Shown here: one piece after another, positions 48,860-59,468 of the stretch
Position numbering within the stretch: the stretch's first letter is position 1
Layout of the letters: every line of letters begins with the position of its first letter
DNA from: a virus
Direction: 5' to 3' (one strand)
Virus record (IMG/VR): IMGVR_UViG_3300042301_004349
Location: 96,001 to 160,000 of that record
DNA length: 64,000 nt
Notes under the pieces: generated by a model
Databases searched by the model: none
Seen by the model: only the letters and a program-made list of their open reading frames with translations
Told to the model about the DNA's origin: nothing
Program-made: the position numbers and the translations under genes

Positions 48860-51800
48860 TTATTCTGGGTTTAATTCTTCAGGGCCTCCACTACCACCTC
48901 CACTTGGTGGGGAACTTGGAGGAGATGAAGGTGGTGAACCACCTGGACTTCCCCCTGATCCTGATTGACAAGCTGAAGCATTACAATCTGCTAAAGCAGT
49001 CAAACCATCTAGAGGAATATAAGTACCATTTCCATCATTTAAACTATCAATACCTATAATCTGAGCACATGTTGTACCACCATCAATTACATAAGTAACA
49101 TTAAATTGATTATATAAATTAGCATTAGTGCTTTTACCGATTACAGTACCTGATAAATCACATTTATCTAAAATATAATAAGTGTATGTTGGGCTCGGAC
49201 TCGGAGACGGGCTTGGGCTAGGACTTGGACTTGGACTCGGAGATGGACTTGGACTCGGACTCGGAGACGGGCTTGGGCTAGGACTCGGAGATGGACTAGG
49301 GCTTGGAGAGGTTGTTAAATTACCTTCAGCTTTAATTAAATAATATCTACTTGAATTTGCTGTTAAACTATATAATGGCCAATAAGCACTTCCTGTTTCA
49401 ATACTAGAAGTTGTATATGTTAATGAACCTGTAGTGAAAACAGACATTGTGTGAGATGCTGAGGTATAGTTACCAACCCATCCACCATCAGCTGGTGGAT
49501 ATAAAGGTGCTTCAAATGAGTATGAAGTTCCATTATGTAGTTGAATATATTCTGCATCAGTTGTAAATAATGTAGTTATATCTTGACCATTTCCTTTAAC
49601 TTTAAGATTAGTACCGGCACCTCCAGATTCATCAACCAAAATAACAGCATTTAGTTCTTGGCAAACTGGGTCTGAATATCTATATTCACGAGCTCTTACA
49701 TTTATACTACCAGTAATTGTACAACCATTAGCATCAGCAACAGTTATATTCCAAGTACCTCCATTCAATCCATCATTTAAGTTAATAGTTGCTGGATTTG
49801 ATGTTGTAGGACCTTGAGAGCGTGATGTTCCTCCTTTTTGTACCAAATAAGTGTAAGGAGAAGTTCCACCTGCAATTCCAATACTAACACTAGTATCACA
49901 TTGATTATATGTCAAAGATGAAGTTATACTAGTAATACCTGGTGTAACAGTTATAGAAGCGCTTGCAGCAGATGTACATCCTGTACTTAAATCAGTTGCT
50001 GTTAATGTATAAGTCCCTGTACTACCAGTAACTATACTTCCTGTAGCTCCTGTATTCCATAAATAACTAAATCCAGCTCCACTACCTCCACTAACAGAAG
50101 CTGAAACTTGTCCATTACCACTACCACATGAACCATTAGTTGCTGTTAAACTAATAGATATTGAACTTACACTACTAATTGTAGCACTACCGGTAGCAGT
50201 ACAATTATTAGCATCTGTTACAGTAACATTATATGTTCCTGCAGGTAAACCTGTTGGATCTTCTGTTGTTCTAACAACTGTAGATCCTGTAACCCACGAA
50301 TATGTGTATGGGGAAGTACCTCCAGAAACAGTTATACTAATAGATCCAACATCTTGACCTGGTTCAGGGCAATCGGATGTTGTTGAATTTATGGTTACTG
50401 TAGGAGATGGTGTTTGTGTTATGGTAACTAAAGATGAAGTACTACAAATACCATCCTTAACAGTCACTGTATAAGTAGCAGGGGATAAACTTGAAAATAA
50501 AGTATTTGAAGTAAACCCTTGCCAATTAGTACCTCCATTTATAGAAGCAGAATATGGAGCTCCATAAGTTGAAGAACCAGTAACTGCTATCTTTCCATCA
50601 TTACTACCCCCACAAGTTATATTGGTTGGGTTTGTAGTAATAGTAAATACATCAGCTAATACAGTGAATGAAGAAGTAACAATTGTTCCTTCACTATCTC
50701 TAACATATAATACATTATTACCTATAGGAGCTGTTGTAGAAGCTGTTGGTTGGTACCATTCACAATTAGCTAAATTATTATAAGTTCCACCACCAACAGA
50801 AAATTGATAAGGAGGAATACCATAATTTATTGAAAAAGTAACAGCTGAAACACCCCCAACACAAACAATTGGTTGGAAGGATCTAGACATTTCTAAAGGT
50901 AACTTATAAAGTTCTAAATCAATACTGGCGGTATTACTTTTTAAACAAGTATTATCATTAACAGTATAATATAATTTATAATTACCTGGTGTTACTCCTA
51001 AAGTTTCACATTCATCTACAAAAAGAGAACCTGTAATTAAAGTAACATCAGGAAAACTATACCCTGGGTAGGCATATGTAGCTACTGAACTAGTGGCAAT
51101 TGCTGTAGAATTACAACTATCAATATAATCATTAGCTAGAATATCTAATTTTTTAGTACGTTGTACGTTTAATATTCTAAAATAATCATTAATTGCATTG
51201 GGTGGAGTAGGTAAGAAACACTTATAATTTTGGTTTGTAATTATTACTAAACCTTGAGAATAAAATATGTTTCCTACATGAACTTTATTTTGTAATTCAG
51301 CAATATATCCTGGAGGAGCATAGTAACCTGGTTGTACATAATATCCTGTAAAAGAAATATCATAAATATTTCCATAACCATCATCTGCTAATTGGTAACT
51401 ACCACTTGCAGTTAAAATAAAGTTATTAGGTTTTATCTGTTCACCGTAAATGTTTTGATTAAATGACATTACCCTAATAATATCATTTGATGATGTTGGG
51501 AAACTATTTACAAATGATGGGTTCTCATTAAAATCAAAATAAGAACCAGTAGATATAGTACTAGACTCAGTCATGTAAGACTCATAATACATTGAATTAA
51601 TCAATGAATGAGAATTAAGAATACTTGAAGAGTGGTATTGATAGTATAAGTGATTTATCTGACGATAAACCAAAGATTCATATTGGCCCTCAGTTATAGG
51701 GCCATTATCTAAATCTATACTACCTGTTATATTTTTACCTTTTAATATGGTAAAATAAGCACCATCTTGAGGGACACAAGCGAAATCAAGGTCCCAATTT

Positions 51801-51862
51801 TTATTAGCTGTATAGGGAACAACGAATACGTCTGGAGTACTCAGTTTTTTGAATGATGCCAT
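48860..51862 (-). CDS. Baseplate-type N-terminal domain fused to SprB-like repeats and an (SP)n linker
   Basis: IYGEQIKPNNF...DDGYGN...VGNIFYSQGL; repeats such as GSISITVSGGTSPYTYSW...YNVTVTDANNC. Confidence 0.75.
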   Translation of the reverse strand: MASFKKLSTPDVFVVPYTANKNWDLDFACVPQDGAYFTILKGKNITGSIDLDNGPITEGQYESLVYRQINHLYYQYHSSSILNSHSLINSMYYESYMTESSTISTGSYFDFNENPSFVNSFPTSSNDIIRVMSFNQNIYGEQIKPNNFILTASGSYQLADDGYGNIYDISFTGYYVQPGYYAPPGYIAELQNKVHVGNIFYSQGLVIITNQNYKCFLPTPPNAINDYFRILNVQRTKKLDILANDYIDSCNSTAIATSSVATYAYPGYSFPDVTLITGSLFVDECETLGVTPGNYKLYYTVNDNTCLKSNTASIDLELYKLPLEMSRSFQPIVCVGGVSAVTFSINYGIPPYQFSVGGGTYNNLANCEWYQPTASTTAPIGNNVLYVRDSEGTIVTSSFTVLADVFTITTNPTNITCGGSNDGKIAVTGSSTYGAPYSASINGGTNWQGFTSNTLFSSLSPATYTVTVKDGICSTSSLVTITQTPSPTVTINSTTSDCPEPGQDVGSISITVSGGTSPYTYSWVTGSTVVRTTEDPTGLPAGTYNVTVTDANNCTATGSATISSVSSISISLTATNGSCGSGNGQVSASVSGGSGAGFSYLWNTGATGSIVTGSTGTYTLTATDLSTGCTSAASASITVTPGITSITSSLTYNQCDTSVSIGIAGGTSPYTYLVQKGGTSRSQGPTTSNPATINLNDGLNGGTWNITVADANGCTITGSINVRAREYRYSDPVCQELNAVILVDESGGAGTNLKVKGNGQDITTLFTTDAEYIQLHNGTSYSFEAPLYPPADGGWVGNYTSASHTMSVFTTGSLTYTTSSIETGSAYWPLYSLTANSSRYYLIKAEGNLTTSPSPSPSPSPSPSPSPSPSPSPSPSPSPSPSPSPSPSPSPTYTYYILDKCDLSGTVIGKSTNANLYNQFNVTYVIDGGTTCAQIIGIDSLNDGNGTYIPLDGLTALADCNASACQSGSGGSPGGSPPSSPPSSPPSGGGSGGPEELNPE
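49190..49309 (-). repeat. (Ser-Pro)x~20 coding repeat
   Basis: About 20 synonymous-variant hexamers (tggact/cggaga/tgggct...). Confidence 0.9.
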
Positions 51863-51882
51863 TTAATAACATTTCTTTTATA

Positions 51883-52839
51883 TTAGTAGTCTAACTTAAT
51901 ACGAATTAATGCTTCTTTAGTAAAGTCTTTTACTAATGGTTTGCTTAGTTTAGCAACTGCTAATAATTCATTATTATCGTTATATAACCCTACAGTTGTG
52001 ATATAAGTTTGTGGATTATCAATTAATGTAGTGTGAAGGATATTACCTGTATTATCAATAATTGATGGATTCGAAGTATAATTATATTCACTGTTCTTAA
52101 TTCTTGTAAAAAAGAAACGTGATGAAATAGTTTCAGAAGACTGTAATCTAAATAATCTTCCAGCAGTTGTAGCACCTAATATAGAAGTATATAACTTAGC
52201 ATTGTTATTATTATTAGTATTAGCAACAGTTTCAGGAGCTGTCATAAATCCGGTTAATGCACCTGGGTTTAAAACAATTAAACCTAAATCTGGGAACATA
52301 TGACCATATACTGTTGTATTAGCTGGGGTTCCTGCAGATCCACTAACAATGTTAAAATATCTGTTACTATCAATAAATTGACTAGTAGTTAAAACATTAC
52401 TATTATCAGTTAATGAAATTATACCTGAACTTCCACTTAAAGCTAAAGTTAAAGATCCTGGGTGTAATGTTTCTTTATAACGAGATCTTGCTACGTTAAT
52501 TACATAAAATTGGGTTACATTAGTACCACCAATTTGAAAATTAGTAGCCTCAGTTCCATAAATTAAGTTTCTATATTGTCCATATACAACTTTAGTAGGA
52601 GATGAGCTAGTTACACTTGAATTAAAATAAGTTGAACCTGAACCAGAGATATGTGCATATTCAATAGAAAATGCTACCTCACCAGCGTTGTACACATCTA
52701 AATAAAATTGTGATGCAGTTGCTTGAGCTGAGGAAGTTGCTACGGATGATAATGTAGCATTATCTCCACTCCATAGACCACGCACTACGGTTTCTGCACT
52801 TATTACTGAGTCTTCTGTATTATATCTATTAAATGACAT
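51883..52839 (-). CDS. Baseplate/tail structural protein
   Basis: YGQYRNL, RYKETLHPGS, EYNYTSNPS, TYITTVGLYNDNNELLAVAKLSKP; gene context. Confidence 0.7.
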   Translation of the reverse strand: MSFNRYNTEDSVISAETVVRGLWSGDNATLSSVATSSAQATASQFYLDVYNAGEVAFSIEYAHISGSGSTYFNSSVTSSSPTKVVYGQYRNLIYGTEATNFQIGGTNVTQFYVINVARSRYKETLHPGSLTLALSGSSGIISLTDNSNVLTTSQFIDSNRYFNIVSGSAGTPANTTVYGHMFPDLGLIVLNPGALTGFMTAPETVANTNNNNNAKLYTSILGATTAGRLFRLQSSETISSRFFFTRIKNSEYNYTSNPSIIDNTGNILHTTLIDNPQTYITTVGLYNDNNELLAVAKLSKPLVKDFTKEALIRIKLDY

Positions 52840-52846
52840 ATGTTAA

Positions 52847-53509
52847 TTAAGGATTAACTTTTTGAATAATTAAAGGAACTGTAATTCTAGAACCACTATC
52901 TCTACCAGTTACAGTAACTGTAGTAGTTAATGAAGTTGCAGTAGTACCAAATAATGTGTTGATTGTAGTTCCAGTTAATGTAAATGAAGTACCAATTTCT
53001 GCTTTAGATAATTTAGTACCACTTGTTGTATTTAAGGCATTATTACCTACAGTAGCACCAGTAATACCAGCACCTCTAAAAGTAGAAACTAAACGAACAT
53101 CAGCAACACTCATTACATATCCATTAGTTTCAAAAGTACTATTTGCACCTAGATAATTTAATGTTTGTGGAGTAATGCTTAATGAAGCTCCTTGTCTTAA
53201 AAGAATTGAGGTAACACCTAAAGAAATAACAGGAAGTTTACTTGTACCTCTTGGTAAAGTTACTAACTTATATCTCATAATTTGAGCTTCATCTGGGAAT
53301 GCTTCAATAATAGGCATAGCTTCAATTGCTTCACCATAATATGCTGAGCCTGATGGGTGAGTTGGGTTATATAGAGTATAATCAACTTCATCATCTGCTA
53401 ATGAAAATTGTGTAATCTGGAATGAGCCGTCATTACGAGCCAACAATTCGCGGCCCTTTTTGGTTAAAACCGCATCAACAGTTACAAAAGAAGGATTTAA
53501 TATTGCCAT
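52847..53509 (-). CDS. Baseplate/tail structural protein
   Basis: VDAVLTKKGRELLA...ITQFSLADDEVDY; gene context. Confidence 0.65.
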   Translation of the reverse strand: MAILNPSFVTVDAVLTKKGRELLARNDGSFQITQFSLADDEVDYTLYNPTHPSGSAYYGEAIEAMPIIEAFPDEAQIMRYKLVTLPRGTSKLPVISLGVTSILLRQGASLSITPQTLNYLGANSTFETNGYVMSVADVRLVSTFRGAGITGATVGNNALNTTSGTKLSKAEIGTSFTLTGTTINTLFGTTATSLTTTVTVTGRDSGSRITVPLIIQKVNP

Positions 53510-53553
53510 AGTTTATTAGTTACTGTATATAAATATACAAGTTTTAAATTTTA

Positions 53554-56500
53554 TTATAATGTACCACCATCTAAACTACCACCCTCAAGCATTTTTGTTT
53601 TTACCTCACGAGTAATGGTATCAATGTTTGCAAACACATCTGGATGTAGGTTATCTGGGATTATAAAACCGTATGATGTTTTGCCGTCTCTTTTGATAAA
53701 GTTTATAATGGCATTTGTTTCATCTCTTAATCTTTTTAAGAATAATATTTTTGTGTATTTTGATGGATCCTCAAAATTATTAGCTTTAGTGCTATTATCA
53801 AATGCAGGGAAAATATCTAATACTAATTTATTATTTACAATTCTAGTATTTAAAATTCTATACTCAGATACTTGTCCACTATTATTGTGGTGAACTATCA
53901 TGTCGTAGTATCCTAGTTCAAATTTATAATCAACATCTCCATAAGTAGGATATAAAGAATGTTGTGGCAAACCAGACCCTGTTGGTGGTTGTGGAATAAA
54001 GTTATATCCTATAAAACTAGTTAACTGGGTATTTAGAGTAATACTACTGGTTATAGCACCTGCAGTAAATTGTACAGAATCTATAAATCCTGTTGATCCA
54101 GAAACAGCACTAGGTAGTTGGTCTATTTGGTTTGATACTGATGCTATTCTTAAAAAACCAGGAGAATTAAATTTAACGATGTAATTAGTTGCAGATAAAT
54201 TCTTTTGTTTTATTCTAATTTCAATATTATCGTCCTTTGTTAAACTTTGTTGAGTTGTTACATTAAGACTAGTAATAGTAGACTCAGCAACACGGTATAT
54301 ATCTGGGATTAAATATAAATTATTAGTATCAAATGATTCATAATAATTATAAAACCCACAAGATGTTGTAAATCCTCCTAACCCACCATTTGAGTAACAA
54401 AATCCTCCATCCTGCCACATTGTTATAGTATCGGTTAATCCCCATAACGTTATACTATTTGAAAAAGAAGCATTACAATCTACACAATCATTTGGGTTAG
54501 GTAATGATACAGTATCAAATACAGTATATCCATAAATTGTTTGCCCCTTTTCAAATATTTTAATATTAGGATTGTTTGGATCTACTATGTCTGTAGGTAG
54601 TAAATATGGAAATCCTGGAAGAGTTTGTATTCCGCCAAATCCTAGAGTTGTTCCACCATAACTTTGATAATCTACATTATAAATGGCCCCTCCAGTAAAT
54701 GGTGTAGCTACAACTTGGTCTAATATTGATACAACTTGACTACCACTTGCTATAACTGTACTTCCACTTACAATTTCTAAAGACCAGGTAACGTTACCTC
54801 CATCAGACATTGTAATTTCTAATCCAATACTTGCAGTAATATTATACAATCCAGTTTCTGGTACTGAGTATGAAGGGTATGTTTGAGACCCTGTACTTCC
54901 TATATGATAATCTGCTAATGAATCAACATTTTTAGTTACTGATGTAAATACATTAAATATAGTTTTATCTGATCCTGTTGTGAATAAAGGATAAACTGGT
55001 ACATCTCCTAATGAGCTAGTGATAAGACCTATTGAATGGGTAGCTTCTAATTCTTTAGAAACATTACCTCCTTCTGATTGAAAATATAGAACAGTATCAC
55101 TTCCACTAGTATATAATAAAGGGGTATATGAGTATCCACTTTCAAATATTACTTTAGTTCCATCAAGATTTTTCTGATTGCTGAATTTCTGATTATCAAA
55201 TAATGATACATCTAGAGTATCATCAGAAACGAATGTTCTTTGAACTTCTATCCAATTTTTATTTCGCTGGTTTAATTCAGTTAAATTACCTTCTTCATCT
55301 ACAAGATACTTAATTACTACATCATTTCTATTTGGTAAAAATCTACTTTTAACTACTTCAGAAAATAAACCTAATTTTCTAACTTGATTATCTATAACAG
55401 CAGTTTTACCAAATGATATATCACCATCAGTATAATCATTATATGTTGCACTTGTTAATTTAACACCACTATGTCTAGAACGTTCAAATGATTTTAAAGA
55501 TTCATTACTATCTTGAACATCTGTTTGGAGTAAAATTGAACCAGATTGTTGTAAAGTTCCACTTATATAAGAATATATTGGAGTTAGTTTTGATACTTTT
55601 ATTGAAGGTCTACTTACTAAAGAATTATTTAAAGTAACATTAAAATCAGTATGTTCAAATTGATATGAACTAGAAGTTGTTGTTACTAAGAATGGATTTG
55701 GGTTTGAATCTTCAAAATATTCATTAATATCAGGCCAACTTCCACTCAATTCTCCACTATAAAATGCTTCTCTATTACCAGGCAATAAACTATATAAATA
55801 ATCATTATCCTCAGCAATTACCGGCCCATTATAATTAGCTTCATATATTGATTGGTTGGTAATATTAGGTTGTAGTCTTTTAAATTTAATTCTTTCTAAA
55901 TTTTGAGGACGTATAGTAACACCAGTTAATAATGTAGATCTTCCAGGTACATAATCCTTTAACATTTTAAATAAAGAATTATCAAAAAACTTTATTAACC
56001 CAATAAAACCAGCATAATCAAATTCTGTTGTGAAATTTGAACTAATATGAGAATGTCTTAAAGTGTTTAATGTAGGATAACTTCCACTAAGTTCAAAACG
56101 AGGATCACCTATGTAATCATCAATTTCAAAATCAGAAATAACAGAAGAAATAGATGATGATAGAACATTATCTATTTCATTTTGAGGTGAGAATGAAATA
56201 TCAATTTTGTGATAATCTGTTGATCTGGTTGAAACAATATTGGTTGATTCTTCTTCAAGACGTACATGAGGAGATAAAACACTTCCTGTAATTTGAGTAT
56301 TAATAACTCTAATTTTCTCACTATTACTATCTAATAATGTATTTTGTTTAGTATTACCTCCAAATTCTTTAATAGGTAAAATACTACCTGTAATACCAAA
56401 TACGTTAATCAAATGATCTAATCCTTTATTACTACCTTTTGATTTAAATAATAGAGGTAAATTATGGTATATTCTCTTATATACCTCAGCAATTAAATCT

Positions 56501-57996
56501 TTTTTAGGAATATTATTTAAATCACCAATACTACCACTATTAGCTCCTAGTAAAGCTAAATCTAAATCTACATCCGCTTTACTATTATATAAATGAACTC
56601 CTAATGATTGTAAAGCATGAAATACAATATCTTTAGATATACCCTCTTCAAGATTATTTTCATTTTTATATAAATCCGTTATTGATTTTAAATAAATCCA
56701 TATATTATCAAAATACTGACCCATCATGTTAACAAATGTTAAGTATGGGGTATTTTCTGGGTCTTCAAGTAAATAACTAGGAATTAATCTTATTAAATTA
56801 TCTTGATTATCTAGATCATAATCTTGTGATGATGTTATCCTACTGTTATACCAATTAGTAACAATAGATGATGTTACTGGTTGTAATATAAAAGGTTTAG
56901 TGTTTGTTGTTTTTGGATAAGCGTATGAGCTTGATTCAAAATACATATATTTTTCATATCCATCAAAACCAGTAATAATTGAATTAATACTTGATGAATA
57001 ATAAGCTAATTCTGTTGCTTTAGTGGATAAATTGCTAGATGATATAATAGATGAAGTAATCTCATAATTTTGAATCGTAGTAACTTTACTTACAAAATTT
57101 GCAATTCTACTTTCAGCTGAGCTAAATCTAATAAAATCATCAAAGTTTGTGTAATCTACGTTAAGATCAACAGATCCTTCTAAATATTGGTTAATAAAAT
57201 TAAAATTAGAACCTGTTAATTGATTAACTAAACTATTATAGTTGTGATAAGGTGTACTTATATTATTAAAATCAACTTTAACACTAAAGTTAGGTCCTTT
57301 AATAGTTGGTCCTGCATCTAATATTAATAATCTATCTAAATTAATACTAAAGGTATAACTGTCAATAATTTCATCTACAACCCAAAAAGTATCTTTTACA
57401 GAAATGCTTTCCGAAAGTGGTTTATATAATTTGATTAGGACATAATGTGTATCTTCTGTTGTATCTAAATCAACATTAATAATAACAGGTGTATTATTTC
57501 TTCCAAAATTTGCTAAATAATATTTTAAATAAGGAGTATTATTAATCTCATTGATTAAAATATCTGTTTGTTCCTTTATTAAACTATTATTTAAAAAAGT
57601 AGAACCTACTTTAATTTCTGTTCTATCATCAGATATTTCTTTGATAAAAAGAGGTGAAAGCGGAGTACCTATTTTATTTCTAAAAAAATTATATATTACT
57701 TGAAATTCACCATTACGATATTGTTGTTTTAAGTCTTCTATAGGATCTATCTCTAAAGAAGAATAAGTACCGTCTAAGTTTAAAGCAACATCTGATGGAG
57801 ATTTATATGATAAATATGAATAAGATCGAAGTAAAGGTTTGCCTAAAATATCATTAATATGATATTCTACATAATCTTCATCTAATCCAAAATTATTTAC
57901 AATTTTGTCTTGGCCTAATAAAATAATATCTTTTTCATCAAACCTATTTGCTTGAGTAGTACTATTAATATTTCCTATAATCCTTATCTCAGCCAT
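53554..57996 (-). CDS. Large baseplate wedge-like protein (1480 aa)
   Basis: FVNMMGQYFDNIW, KRIYHNLPLLFKSKG...FGI, LKDYVPGR; context beside the gp6-like gene. Confidence 0.65.
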   Translation of the reverse strand: MAEIRIIGNINSTTQANRFDEKDIILLGQDKIVNNFGLDEDYVEYHINDILGKPLLRSYSYLSYKSPSDVALNLDGTYSSLEIDPIEDLKQQYRNGEFQVIYNFFRNKIGTPLSPLFIKEISDDRTEIKVGSTFLNNSLIKEQTDILINEINNTPYLKYYLANFGRNNTPVIINVDLDTTEDTHYVLIKLYKPLSESISVKDTFWVVDEIIDSYTFSINLDRLLILDAGPTIKGPNFSVKVDFNNISTPYHNYNSLVNQLTGSNFNFINQYLEGSVDLNVDYTNFDDFIRFSSAESRIANFVSKVTTIQNYEITSSIISSSNLSTKATELAYYSSSINSIITGFDGYEKYMYFESSSYAYPKTTNTKPFILQPVTSSIVTNWYNSRITSSQDYDLDNQDNLIRLIPSYLLEDPENTPYLTFVNMMGQYFDNIWIYLKSITDLYKNENNLEEGISKDIVFHALQSLGVHLYNSKADVDLDLALLGANSGSIGDLNNIPKKDLIAEVYKRIYHNLPLLFKSKGSNKGLDHLINVFGITGSILPIKEFGGNTKQNTLLDSNSEKIRVINTQITGSVLSPHVRLEEESTNIVSTRSTDYHKIDISFSPQNEIDNVLSSSISSVISDFEIDDYIGDPRFELSGSYPTLNTLRHSHISSNFTTEFDYAGFIGLIKFFDNSLFKMLKDYVPGRSTLLTGVTIRPQNLERIKFKRLQPNITNQSIYEANYNGPVIAEDNDYLYSLLPGNREAFYSGELSGSWPDINEYFEDSNPNPFLVTTTSSSYQFEHTDFNVTLNNSLVSRPSIKVSKLTPIYSYISGTLQQSGSILLQTDVQDSNESLKSFERSRHSGVKLTSATYNDYTDGDISFGKTAVIDNQVRKLGLFSEVVKSRFLPNRNDVVIKYLVDEEGNLTELNQRNKNWIEVQRTFVSDDTLDVSLFDNQKFSNQKNLDGTKVIFESGYSYTPLLYTSGSDTVLYFQSEGGNVSKELEATHSIGLITSSLGDVPVYPLFTTGSDKTIFNVFTSVTKNVDSLADYHIGSTGSQTYPSYSVPETGLYNITASIGLEITMSDGGNVTWSLEIVSGSTVIASGSQVVSILDQVVATPFTGGAIYNVDYQSYGGTTLGFGGIQTLPGFPYLLPTDIVDPNNPNIKIFEKGQTIYGYTVFDTVSLPNPNDCVDCNASFSNSITLWGLTDTITMWQDGGFCYSNGGLGGFTTSCGFYNYYESFDTNNLYLIPDIYRVAESTITSLNVTTQQSLTKDDNIEIRIKQKNLSATNYIVKFNSPGFLRIASVSNQIDQLPSAVSGSTGFIDSVQFTAGAITSSITLNTQLTSFIGYNFIPQPPTGSGLPQHSLYPTYGDVDYKFELGYYDMIVHHNNSGQVSEYRILNTRIVNNKLVLDIFPAFDNSTKANNFEDPSKYTKILFLKRLRDETNAIINFIKRDGKTSYGFIIPDNLHPDVFANIDTITREVKTKMLEGGSLDGGTL

Positions 57997-58325
57997 TATT
58001 TTTTATTCTTTGTATAATCTGTAATAATTGTTTTTGCTTCTAAGAGTTGTTGTCTTAAAGAAGTAATTTCATCAAGCAATGCTTGAATATCTAAATCATC
58101 TGCTAATTTAACTCCTAAATATTCTGCTTCTTTATCTAAAATATATCTATGAGATTCAACCTCTCCTTCTTTAGGAATTTGAAAAAATAATTCTTCATAC
58201 AGCTGGAAGAAATCTTCAATAGTAAAGTCAGGAGTAACTATAGTTTTAGAAAAAAAACTAAAATTTGTGTCTAATACACTTTCATTTCTTCTTAAAATAG
58301 TTTTATCAACTCTTATAGTAGTCAT
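57996..58325 (-). CDS. Hypothetical baseplate-region protein
   Basis: 109 aa; TAATG-coupled on both sides. Confidence 0.65.
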   Translation of the reverse strand: MTTIRVDKTILRRNESVLDTNFSFFSKTIVTPDFTIEDFFQLYEELFFQIPKEGEVESHRYILDKEAEYLGVKLADDLDIQALLDEITSLRQQLLEAKTIITDYTKNKK

Positions 58326-59392
58326 TATCTAATTACTTTAAAAATATAATCTTCATCAAACACAATAGTTGAACCATCAATTATAGATTTAATTAAAATC
58401 TTATAAAATCTTTCAGGTTGTAATCCACTCATGTGAACTGTAAAGAAACTTGAAGTTGGATCAGCACTGATTTTAGTGTAATTAGTATCAAAATCTACTA
58501 TCCATTCATCTGTATCTAAATCTTTAATAGCCCAATATGATGAACTAGGTAATAATTTAGAACCAGTTACATACAATTGATTTGCATTAAATGTTCTTGG
58601 TGGGTATTGATCTCTAACTCCTAATCTAAATTTATTAACTGAGTCTTGTTGAAATTCTTGTTTATTATTCTTTAATGAGACTACAGCTTTATGATTGTTA
58701 GTTACAGTTAAACTACCAGTAACGAATGTACTATCATCCCATCTGATTTCCAAACAAGGTGGGTAGATTGTGTGAGTATCTGAAGAGAAATATTTTAATT
58801 CAAATGGTGAACTTCCTGTTGAAAATTCAATACTACTTGAATGTTTTAAAATAAATCCTTCATTTTGTATTTTTACTGCAGCAAATGGATTTGTTTCAAA
58901 AGCATAAAAAGCAGCTACAGTTGGTGTAACATCTATTTCAATATCTTTTTCATCATTATTAGTAAATAATTGAGAAGCTGTTGGTGTTGCAAACCAATCA
59001 CCCCCACCACTCACCCAAGTATTTATTAAAGTTTTATAATTCCAACTTACACCACCAGTTGTAGATGGAACATTTGCTAAACGACCTGTACCAACATCCC
59101 AAGATCCTGAGATAGGATGGCACATTATTCTATAGTCTAAAGGAATTTCAGAGGCATTTGCTAGGTATAACTTTAAGTATGCTTTATAGCTGCTTCCAGA
59201 CACTTTGCTAGCAATGGTATTAACTATTTCGCTAGTTGAAAATTTAATAAGTGCTCTAGAAGATTCTCTAGTATTTTCAATAGCACTTTCAAATGTACTA
59301 ATTTCTAGAATTTCGTCCATCCCTGTATTAATTGCAGGGTAATATGAGAAAATTGTTGCGTCCTTTTCAGGGAATAGTTTGTATACGGCCAT
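58325..59392 (-). CDS. Virion protein with DNRLRE-like N-terminal domain
   Basis: FPEKDATIFS...ILEI...SRALIKF...LKLY...SWDVGTG...GGDW...P.LEIRWDD. Confidence 0.6.
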   Translation of the reverse strand: MAVYKLFPEKDATIFSYYPAINTGMDEILEISTFESAIENTRESSRALIKFSTSEIVNTIASKVSGSSYKAYLKLYLANASEIPLDYRIMCHPISGSWDVGTGRLANVPSTTGGVSWNYKTLINTWVSGGGDWFATPTASQLFTNNDEKDIEIDVTPTVAAFYAFETNPFAAVKIQNEGFILKHSSSIEFSTGSSPFELKYFSSDTHTIYPPCLEIRWDDSTFVTGSLTVTNNHKAVVSLKNNKQEFQQDSVNKFRLGVRDQYPPRTFNANQLYVTGSKLLPSSSYWAIKDLDTDEWIVDFDTNYTKISADPTSSFFTVHMSGLQPERFYKILIKSIIDGSTIVFDEDYIFKVIR

Positions 59393-59394
59393 GT

Positions 59395-59442
59395 AAAAGA
59401 GTTTCCGGTTATGCTACATATAAATATAGCAACCGGAAACTC
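59395..59442 (-). terminator. Long hairpin/terminator with the ATATTTAT motif in its loop
   Basis: GAGTTTCCGGTT (59399-59410) / AACCGGAAACTC (59431-59442); inner GCTA/TAGC; TTTT follows on the minus strand. Confidence 0.7.
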
Positions 59443-59468
59443 CTATTTAATTATGTGTTATTTAAATA

